Assembly (NCBI GenBank): GCA_037379345.1
Contig: CM074516.1
Coordinates: 26,722,001-26,786,000, forward strand
Length of the DNA: 64,000 nucleotides
Reading direction: 5' to 3'
Source: Perna viridis
Lineage: Eukaryota
Shown here: positions 42,301-54,300 of the stretch, piece after piece
Layout: each line of letters opens with the position of its first letter
Numbering within the stretch: the stretch's first letter is position 1
Translations under genes and position numbers: made by a program
The notes under the pieces: model-generated
Databases searched by the model: none
Told to the model about the DNA's origin: nothing
The model's input: only the letters and a program-made list of their open reading frames with translations

Positions 42301-45300
42301 AAATTTTCTTGATATTTAACTCAAAATTAGCAAAATTGTAGTGTTAAATTAAATTAAATTTTAGAAATTTACACTTGAAAATGTTCATTATCCTACTGGG
42401 TTGATATAAATATCCTGATAACTTAAATTGCTTCTTGCAAACTCTTCATTTGATTAGCTCTGGAACAGTGTTCTCCTAAAATACTTTAATTCAACAAATT
42501 TAACTGCATGTGCATTATAGACCATTTAAAGCTTATGTATGATAGTCACTGACATAGTCTTATCAACAAAGCTCTAATTATCATACTCCACTGATATCAT
42601 TCAATTGATTTTGTATTGAAACAATCACTTGATTAAACTGAAGTTGCTTCCCTGGCAATTTGGAAATACATAAGTATATCACAATGTGTGGTTCGTGCGA
42701 ATTTCTTTCTGGTCCAAAATATAGTATCATGACTCATTTAAATGATCCTCAGCAACAGTCCTAATTTCTTCAGTGCTTTTTATTCACCTATTCACATATT
42801 GCTGATTACTCATTTACATTTAATTCTTGAATTTTCGTTACAGGTAAACCTTTTAAGTTGACCAAAAATAATTACTTTCGTTGAAAAAAAAATTTTTTGT
42901 CTTTGTTATAGAAAGATGAACAGCACCCCCACCCCCCACCCCCCACCAAAAAAAAATTCTTGTGACAGTAAATGTACTTTTTAGCTGTTTTTTAATTGAT
43001 ATCACTATTCATATATTGAGATGTTGCAGTTATTTTAACATTCAATAATTTACCTTCTAATAGAAAAAGGGAAACAACTCATGTTGCTAAGTAAAAACAG
43101 TAAGTTTAGATTTGTAGTCATTTCTAAAGAGATATTTACTTGTTTTCATTCCTACTTCTTTTGATTTATATCAATGTTAGGTAGAATTGTTTTGAGGTCA
43201 AGCAAGCGTTTTTCAGTTGTGTGGATTTTACTTATTTCATCGTCATCTGCTTTATAATTCTTTTATGTACAATTTGCTGTCCAAATTTTTTATGCATCTA
43301 AGTTTTTCCTCTGTTTGCTTGAGATGTCTTATATACTGAGAGTTTGTTTGATACATTGTATATGCAATATTGCTAAACACCATCTTTTTGACGTCAGATT
43401 TGTAACATTTTTTATAAAAGTTTCTGCTAATTAAACAATTAAATAATTTATGAAAGTTTCAAATTTTCAAATGCATCAAATATAGGAAGAGAAATATGGT
43501 GGAATGTTTGTTTTAGTCAAGTACATGTTTAAGAAATTAATAGGGAAAAGTTATGTTCAGTGTATGGAATTGAGTTCTAAATTTGAAGAAAAGAATAGGC
43601 TGAATTTTAATTTTTTTACAAGTTTTCACTAGTCACATCATGGCGCAAGGCATGCCTTGTTGAACTGCTAAAAGATTATTGTAAATTCAGAAATTATTGT
43701 ATTAATTAAAATTTCAGAATTTTCTCACAAAAGCCAAATTTCATTATTAATTTTCATGTTTTAAGAAAAATCACACATCAGTAATTGTAAATCATTCCAT
43801 ATTTTAAGTTTTTGCATAGTAGCCTAGCTATATTGTTTCAGTAATAAATTAAAATAGGATGTTAAATGACTTGGCTAAAGGATTTATTCTTTTCTTTAAT
43901 TGAATCATTTGTTATTGGAGTATCGCCAAGTGGTTTATGATTTGACCCTCAATGATAAGGTATAATTTGTTAAGTTAAATTGTGCCCTCCTAATTTGATT
44001 GGGCTGTCTGTGGCATTTTTTTGAAACAATAGAAACTTCGCAAAATTTTCTGAATTGGCAATATTCAAACCCTTTTTTGGAAGTAGGAATGAGATGAGAG
44101 TAAATCGGTTTGCATTCAATTTAAATTTAATCCTGCTTGTTTACTTTGTCTCTCTGATGTTTTTGGTTATTGTCTTTATAACTTTTGTGTGTGCATGGTT
44201 TTATTTTCTAGAACGGTTGCAGCATTACAAATCTTCTTCTGGTAAAATCTGTTTTGAATTTTAGTTAATGCCAGAGTTGATAATTCTGTATGCCAGTGAA
44301 CAGATACAGATGCTATTAAATTATGATTTTGCATTTTAAATGAAAAAGAAAATTAATTTGTATAAAAAAAACAAACAACAAATAATACATACAAATCTAT
44401 GAAAAGAACTTAACTGTAACATCTTGCAAACAAAATATCAGTTGAAATAAACAAATAAATTGCTAACATAACATTAAAATCAGCTGACTGGAAAAATACC
44501 CAATAGAAATTTTTCATATCTTGCAAACAAAACATCATTTTTTATAAACTGAATGCATGGCAAAATTGAAAGTAAGAAATGCAGGGATAAAAATTAGCAT
44601 TTGCCCATTAGCCCATGGCTACTAAATTTTGAGCTGGGCTACCAAACTTTTGGGTAAAATTTAGTTAAACATATAGAAAATATTGAGCAAAAATATGGTC
44701 TGGGCTACCAGGTTGTATTTCCTAATTTTTACCCCTGAAATGTTGCAAAAAGTTATTAATAAAACCAGCAACAAACAGTTTATGAAGTATACAACTGAAT
44801 TGTAACTCAGATATTTATGTATCAAAAATATGTAGCGTGGACATAGTAATGGAAAACAAAATATCATAATTAAACACCTGCTACAGGTTTTTTATTTTGA
44901 ATATGATATCAAGCATGTATCTATGTAATGGATGTAAAACATATATCTATGTAATGCTAGATTGGGTGGTATGTATTGTTGTTTTTTGTTGATATGATAT
45001 GTTCAAAATTTGTGATGGTTTTTTCAAACTTGTTGTATTTTAACTGTATATTAAAATCAAATTTGACAACTGATTGAAGAAGTTTTCAGTGTTTTTAGAT
45101 GGAGGATTTTCAAAAGGAAATGATATAATAGTTAACTTTACACTGTAATTGTCAGTTAGGTAACATAAGAAGCTGATCATTTTCAGAATATTGCTTTAAA
45201 CATGATAAAGTAAGCTTAGCTTGTAGAAATGTTTAAGGTCATTTTTGCTTCAGCTAATTGAAGAAGAAGGGCAGTCCTTGAATCAGTTTTTATACCATGT

Positions 45301-48300
45301 CAACTATTTATATTTAAATGATATACTTGTATGTTTACAGATCCCCAGATATCTGTTTGTAAGAAGTTAGTATTCTCTGGAGCGTCCAGTGCACAACAGC
45401 TACAGAATTTCATTGACTCTAACATCTATCACAGACAAGGTAATGCCGTTAACACTCAGCCCTGCTGTAATATACTGTGTCCGCTTTACTGGGCATGGTT
45501 TCATAAAAAAAATCTGAACTTGAGATTTTTCTCAAATCCTTCCTCAACTCCAATTTTGACCAATCACATCACTTGAAATTGAAGATTTGAGGAAAAAGTC
45601 TAGGATTTTAAGATTTTATGAAACCCTGGCCTGTTTTTGCAATGCCAGGTTTATTTTGTGCTTGGGATGATTAGCAAGATTAGTCGCTAAATACTCCTTT
45701 AAGAACAAAAAAAAATATTTTACTTTCATAGCATCTCCACGAAATAAAACTAATATAGTCATTTCAATGATTAAGAGGCCAAAACTTCATCTTGGGAAAT
45801 AAAGCAAAATTGTTTGGGAGAAAAAAAAACTTTACTAGAAATTGGTCATGGGGATAAATGATCCTTTAAATATTTCAGGTTTTGTATATGGAGCTAAAGA
45901 GAACAAGAAGTTGAAGGTGTTTATAGATGATGTCAATCTACCACTGCCTGACCATTACAGTGTACAAAGGTGTAATGAGGTAATGTGTTATTTTTATCCT
46001 CACCAATGATGTTTGGAAAGAATGCAAAACAAGTTATAAATAATTTTGTGAGGACAAGAAATTTTGGAAAATAAATGTTTTCAATGCTGTCACTTGGTAC
46101 TTGCTATGAGCTTAGTTATCTGATGAAATTTCACAATTCTAAGTTGATTTCAGTATATTGATTTTCAACTTTTCAGTTCATTTCTCTATCATATTTTTCT
46201 TTGTAGGCTTGTGTGTTAGCTTTTTTTTACAATTCTTGGTGTCATGAATTGACATTATATGAATTTTACTATTTGTTTGGTCATAATCACTTTTAATCTA
46301 GGCATAGATTTTTTTTTTACAGCTCCTCAGACAGTTACTGGATGACAAGACACTGTGCACACTGGAGAAACCATTTGAATGGAAGACAATAGAAGGGTTT
46401 AATGTGATAGCTGCCATGTCAATGAGTGATAACCCTGGGGTATCCAGTACCAAGCTTTCAGAAAGATTCCTGGTAGGGATGACACTAGTTTAAAGTTTCT
46501 TTACTCAGGTTTCTTGCCATGTGGGCTTCGTTTTGGCTCACAGATTTCTTGTTAAACTCTGCCCTATGGGTTTTGGCTCACAGATTTCTTGTTTTAATAG
46601 AAAACCTGTCCCCTTTAGTTCAGTAATTGTGTTTTTATACTGTTTTTTTTTTTTTTTTAGAATTTCTGTTTAAAAAGTTATATCTAGATTAAAGTAAAAC
46701 AATTTTCTGTATGTTTTTGACTTTTTTTTTAACAGAGACACTTTGCAGTGTTCCATTTAACAGCACCAGAGGGTGAATCATTGAAGAACATTGTCCATGG
46801 TATTCTGGATGTAAGTAAATATTTATATAAAAAAATGAAAACGTTGGTCTTTTTGGTCTTATTGATCAATATAAATTGATCTTTTAATTAGGTAAGGAAT
46901 GTTTCTACTTTTTTTAACAGGTTATATGTATTAACCTGGTTTGGGGCAGTTTACCCTTATAACAGGGAAGGTTTCTTATAATTTAATTTTTTACAGATAA
47001 TAGTCCAAATATCAATAATTGATTCATAATCGAAAGTTATTTTGTTCTGGATTTTTTGAATCTCCAAGTGTGAACCAATCAATATTAATGACAGCCAGGT
47101 TATACAAAATAACCTGGTTTGCTCATAGAGAACCAACTAATCAGAAAGCTTTTAACAAATCTAATCAAATTATTGACTCATAAAGGATTAGCTACCAGCA
47201 CTGTTTATAATTGCAAATTTGTGTCGTTTAAATTTGACACATAAAACAGTAAAAAGGTAGAAAAAGTAATGTTTCTCTTTCAGAAAATTTAATCCTGGTC
47301 TTTTATATATTATAGCTGAACATGACAGATGGAGATGGACCAGGTTTAGATATAGAACTACACAACCATCTAGTTAAGGCATCCTGTGATCTGTTGTCAG
47401 CTGTTCAGGATGTCCTTAAATCTACACCCATGCCAGGACGTAAACATTACTTCTATACACTCAAAGATGTTACTACTTGCTTCCAGGTAATGAAAATGTC
47501 ACTGAATAAATAATTGACAGACTTGATTGCATTGAACATGACTTGGTAGAATCTAAAATATAATGTTTCTCATCATATCTGTGTAAAATTTTGAACTTAT
47601 ACTTGTATTAAGCATTTGGGAGATTATTAAAACCCACTATTTCTATGCCTGTACCAAGTCAGGACCATTTTTTTAGGCTTCAAACTTTCTGGTTTTTACC
47701 CTGATATTGCTATTTGTGATACCGACTTTCCTTTTGACTACTCCTTTTAACTATGTCTTGAGTTTATGGGTTTGATTTATGATTTAAAATGTTATGATAA
47801 TTTTTTTTTTTTTATCTTTATAACAGTGTTTGAAGAGACTGCCCGAGGAAAGCAGAGCTGATGAGACCTTGGTTCCTGTTATATCACTATGGAAACATGA
47901 AATGACGAGGATTATGAGGGACAGAATTGCTAGAACATCAGACCTAAACTGGTTTGATCAGACTATCAATGAAATACTGGCTGAGGTAAAGAAATAAATT
48001 ATTTCACATTTTTTTTATAGTTGGTGTTTAGATGGTACCTTTAATGTTGTTATATAATTTGTATTCTGTTTGTTATAAATCAAGACTAAGAAATAAATAT
48101 ATATACTGTGAAAGTACTTTAATTCCTGGATACCAGTTTTCGTGGATTAGGAAAGAAACAGAAGTTCATGAAGTCTTAAATTTGTGGCTATACACATCAA
48201 TGGGATTCTCCTTTTCTTTGGGAACCAAATTTTGTGGCTTTGTCTACCACGAAAACCACAAAAATTGATGTCCCGCAAACAATAGTACATTGACAGTAAC

Positions 48301-51300
48301 TATCATTTGATTCACAAAGTGTTGTAATTATATTTAACCTGAAGACAACTCTAGTATTGGTAGCATAGAAAACAATTACCATTACTATTATATTTATATT
48401 GCTAATTAAATTACAAAAAATGTCTAAACACTCATTCAAATTAGTCACAGTAAAAAAGAACACTATAGTATTTTTTCAGATTTATAGTAAAGTTTATAAA
48501 TAAAAAAAAAAAGACTTATAATTTTTGACAAATAATTTGTTGATTTAACTCCAACTGAATATTAAAATGTTACAATTGTTTTAGAATTTCCCTGAGGTAA
48601 AGGACCCATTGATGAATCACTTTGTAACCTTCCCAACTGATGCCAGACTTTACCAGAGACCCGTCACCTCTGTAGGTGGTAAAAATGTCAAGGTATGTCA
48701 CAGTACAACATATAATGGAATGGATTTGGCATTTCTTTGAGGCTTGTCTTATAGCATGAAATGTCAAGGGTCATTTAAATTTTTGTTCTGCGTGATACTA
48801 ACATATAAATATGTATTGGCAGTATCAAATTTTAGGGAAATAAGACAAAACATTTTCATGGTTTTCAAGTTACAATGATGCACTTAGTCAACTTCATCTG
48901 TATATAAGTTGTTTAGGTTATTGATTGCCTGAATGTAGCAGGCATGTTATAGGCCATTTGAAAGGTGAAGAAATAACTTCTATGACAGAAAGAGCCAAAT
49001 TCTTGTTTGAAATGACCTTTTATGAACACATTTGTAAAGATGTAAATAACTTGGATTTATAAAAAGGCTAAAATATTGATCTTGATGTTTTCTTTGTTTT
49101 TGAAAATAAAAATTCATGTTTTTTCTTATTTCAGATTATATTACAACCAATAGAAAACTTAAGAGATGTCCATAGTTGTCTGAACACACATCTGACAAGA
49201 TATAATGAGGAGTTTGGTAATATCCCACTGAACATCATGCTTTCAGATTTCATCATTGATCATGTGGTCAGGATGCACAGAATTCTCAGCTTCCATCATG
49301 GGTATGGTTGAAATCTTAAGTATCAGTTCTTGTAAGAATTAGGCAGTGGGTGAAACATGGTATGAAAAAACCCATCATTTTGATAGTGTAATTTGACAAT
49401 TTGCACGATCAGAATCAAGGGGGAAAAAACAAGATTTTCCATATCATGTTGCTGTATTGAGATTTAATTTCATTGAAATGCACTGTAAATAAACATTTTA
49501 AGGGCAGATAACTTTGTCAAAACCTCATTTTTCTAAGATTCTATTGAAAAATCTACAAGCAAATCCAATGATGCAGAGATAAAATAAGGGTCTTTCCAAA
49601 TAGAGAAAGTATTGATGAGTGATATTTTATTGTCAGGTAGGTGGGGTTTTGACTTGCATGTTTCAGTTTTTCCCATTTTGCCTAATTCTTACAAATACTT
49701 ACCCTTAAACTTTTATTAACTTCTTTAATTACAATTAGAACAGTATGATGTAGGTAATACATATATAACAAGGAAGATTTTCTTCCACTTTTTAGAAGAT
49801 TTTGGCATTTTCAGGTCTGGATTTTATTGTTATGATTCTTTCATTTACTACATAATTTTGCCAGTTGTTCCTTGTTAATTCTAGAATGTTATTAGATGAC
49901 AGTTTTATTTACACAAATATACAATACAAAGCCTTAAAACCTTGTACATTAATTTATTCTTGTTTTGATTTAGATTTGCATTATATAGAAGTACCATGGT
50001 AAAGGTAATTTATTTTGAATAATTGAAGGAGAGAGAAATTGTCTAAAATAAGTTCATCTTGCAAAAAAAAAAAAAACAACACTTTGTTAAACATGGATTT
50101 TTCCTACAAAACTGTTGTAAACATGTCTCATACACATTGAAAAAAAACAAAATGGTTTCAGGTGCTCATCTCTATAAATTTAATTGTCTATATTTTATTC
50201 CAGTGGAAATCTATTGCTTATTGGAGCAGTTGGAGCTCATCTAACTACTCTGTGTAGACTAGCCCTACATGTAGCTGACATCCCTATTCATAAAATGGAC
50301 TCTTCCAAACAAAGTAACTTTTTTGATGGACTCAGATCAGCTGTCAGACTCAGTGGAGCTGAGAATAAGATTCTCACTGTTCTTTTCACTGCCAGAGATT
50401 TACAAGACCCAGTTTACCTTGATGCTATAAACAGTTTGCTGATCAGTGGAGAGGTTCCTCATCTGTTTACTAATGATGAAATTGAGGGATTACTTCAGGT
50501 CTGTTATAACAATCTACCAGTGGTACATGTTAATACAAAGAAAAAAAATCTCATTTAGCTTTGTCATCTTATCTACATTGGTTTGTTTGTCTGGTGTATA
50601 TGTCTTTATGTCATGATTTTTTACCATTATGAAGTGTTCACCTTTGCTAATCTCTCATTTTTATATTATCTCCTGTGTACAACCATTTATGAGACAGGAG
50701 CAACTTAACTGGTGTCTCTCAAAAGGAATTATCCTTCCTTCCGTTACACTAGAGGGATCCATCTCTTTTCTGTTACTCTTCCCACACCACTGAATTGAAT
50801 TGAATGAAATTTTCACAGAACCTTTATAACATGTTCCCATTGTACACCTTTTATTTTAGAATTCGATCCTAATCAATTTGGAGGTTTCATGTAGCAAATC
50901 ACGAACTTCATCATTTATTAATATTGGCAAATGGGGGATCCATTTCTTATCGTTACTCCTCTTATACCACTGAATGGAATTAAAAGAAACTCTCACAGAA
51001 TCCATTACTCATTTTATTTTAGAATTTGATCTAAATGGGCAAGTGGGCGTATGAAGTTAGTGAGCATTTCACACAGTTTTTGTAGTTAAATCTAGGATGT
51101 TAGTGAGCATTGCACGCAGTTTTTCTAGTTAAATCTAAGATGTTGTATTTCACTGAGATTTTCCTTGATAGAATGCATTCTTTTGATGATTATTTTAAAA
51201 TATGTTTATTATTAGTGATATATATTGATAAGTTGTATATTTACATTTACTAATTGCAGGCTATAGCACCAGCTATGAAGAGGGAATTCCCCAGTATGTC

Positions 51301-54300
51301 TGTTGACCCAATGAAATTCTTTGTTGCCAGAGTAAAGAGTAACTTACATATCATACTCTGCCTACAGCCAGGACACCAACTTCTAGGAACAGCTCACAAG
51401 TAATAATTGGATAATTAGTCGGAAAAAGTGATAACCAAAGTATGCTTATAAGGGCTGAAGAATGAAATGATTTCATGAGCATGCAGTACCGTATTTTCTG
51501 GACTTTAAGTGGATGTGGATTTTAAGTCGAACCGCCTAATTTTGACCAAAATCAACAAAAAAAAACAAGTTATATCTTAATGCGTTCTTGGCTCATGTGA
51601 TTATATTTTGGTTATTCACAATAACCAATTGATTATCCTATTTATTATATAGATTTCCTCCATTATTTTTTGCTATTTTCAACATGAATTTTAAATTTCG
51701 TGAACAGCAGATTGATATTACTGGGAGAAAATGCGAGAGTGAAATTACTGAATTTATTTCACAGTGTGAATTATCGTAAATTTTTACACTGGGAAAATTT
51801 GGTAAAATCACTGCTATATAATATAATCATGATAAACAATTAAACATAGAATTCATAATGTATTGCAAAATTTTAATGTAAATGATAAGGTATTCCATTG
51901 ATAAAATCATAGAGTACACTGGGAGAGTTCCAGAAAGTGAAAAAAAAAAAAGAATCATTTATGTTATCACAACTTTGATCTTATCGAATATTTCCAACTC
52001 TACTGTGGATGTCAGATTTAATTATTATAACAGAACAATCTAAATGCATACTAAGTGTAAGAAATGTTGTTCAGCCAAAATTCAAAACTTCAGTTCACTG
52101 TTAAATACAGTTCTATTTTATTGTCTGCTGAAAAAAAGAAACTTTTTACTGGTTCTCTATCTCATCTCTTTAACCTTATTTATTGGACCAGTTACCCCCC
52201 CCCCCCTTTTAGAAAGGTGAACATATACCCCTGTTCTACAATGACAATGGTTTATATTATAGGGAGTTCCCAGGTTTACTGAGTGGCTGTGCCATAGATT
52301 GGATGTGTGACTGGCCACAGGAGGCACTACTGGGAGAGGCTTCATACTTCAATACCAGATTCCAACTTACTGAAGAGTTTGAAAATTTAAGGTATGTTTA
52401 TTTGAAGTACTTTATTCAAAATATTGTGCCCTATTTCATCATGCACATGACACTTTCATGTGTCTTTTAATGCATAGATATGACACTGCATAAGATTAAG
52501 GGTTATTTAAGTCATCATTTTTTAACATTTTGCTGTTATGATGTGTGAACTTAGTACACATGAAACCCTATTATATGTAATAGAGAACAAAGTTTAAATT
52601 GAGGTGTATAATTTTGATAATCAAATATTCATACAGTAATATTCCATTTTTAAAGTAGTTATCCTTGTGTATACTGTGATGATTTCTCTATCACCTGTTT
52701 ATCTTTCAGTGAGAATGTAACAACATGCCTTGCAAACATCCACAGTTTTGTCTTGAGAGATTGTCGCCAGCTACCCTGGGCTGGTGATCTGAGCCCTGAA
52801 ATAACAATCAATAAAATCAAGGTCCATGAGAAGAAGAAAGAACAGATTAAGATTGAGGCTGTCAAAGTACCAAACCTTCCTTACTCTAAAACCATGCTGC
52901 ATGAGAGGATTAAGTAAGAACTGCAAGAATATCTCTCTTATGTGTGAATCAGATTTGTATATCATTATATGAGTGAAGTAAATTTCGAAAGCTTTTTCTT
53001 TCACTCAAAAACTTGTTTTTTTCACAATTATCAAAAGTGTCATGATATTTTGTTAATTTTACATCACTTAGAGTAAGATTTAAAATCTGCTTGATGTTTG
53101 AAGTAGATGTAGGTTAAAACTTCATATTCACCCTAGGGACAGGAAGCAAGTATTTCAGTCCCAAATAATTATAAGTAAAAAATCCCTTGGATATGTAAAA
53201 CTTAATCATTCATACAAATTTCAGGAATAGACACAGAAAGGATGGAGATCGAGCCAAGAATGAGGTTTACATAGGTCCTACCACATATAGGAGATTTATG
53301 GAGTGTTTCAGATGCCTGTATACCAATAAATCTAAAGACAGAACTCAGGATGTAGAACAACTTAAGTAGGTTTACTCATGGTTTTATGCTGCTTTCAAGA
53401 TAAAAAAAAATAGTATTTTTGAAAACTGTGTTGATATAGGACTTACAAATTAGAGATCAGTCTTTGGAAAAGAATGCTTACTAGATAAAAGGATGCTTTC
53501 TTTACTTATTCCTTCCAATAAACTTTTGTACTAAATTTTAGTATTTTAGCATGTTGTATGTTTATTTTGCCAATTTCTGCTTTTTTTAGTGGCATTGTAA
53601 AATCATGTCTGAGGTAGACAAAATGACAAATTTGTAAATTTGCTCATGAAGATGTATTCTTCTTTTTCAGGAAAGTTTTAGCCACTTTAGATCAAACCAG
53701 ATCAGATGCCAAAGTAATGAGAAAAGCCATAAAGACAATCAGTGGAAAGTTCCAGGATGCCACCAAGAAAACAGAAGACTTACTTGATAAACTGACTGTT
53801 AAAGCTACTGCTTTAGAAAAGCTTAAAGCTAAAGTGGGGCTTAGTAAGTCTCTTGATGCACATCTTCACCTTACTGAACTGGACACAGAAGAAGAGCAGG
53901 AGGATGAACTGTTGGAACAAGGTATGTTTAGGACTACTTTGTGTCTTAAATTTGTTATTAATTGGTAAAAAATGTAGTTTTTTGGGATTATTTTATTTTA
54001 TGACACCTTTTCATCAAAAGCTTATGTGGTATAACTTGTACTGTCTGATGAAATAAGTGAATAATTGAATTAAGACTTAAGAGTGGAGGTTAAAAATTCC
54101 AAACTGCCAAACTTTATACTTTTAACCACAATGACTATACTGTTATTGTGAGAGAAAAAAATTGTGGAATGTTATTTTTTTTTATAATTCGCTAGGTCAA
54201 ACCTTTCACTTTTGTGGTCAGATGTTCAAAAAAAAATTTTTGCAACAGGTTTTTTTTTTGTTTGTTTTTGTTTGTTTTTTGTTGTTTTTTTTTTTTAATA

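Noticed and set aside
51485-51550. TACCGTATTTTC-type DNA transposon end
   Set aside because: No matching opposite terminus was found, so the element cannot be delimited.
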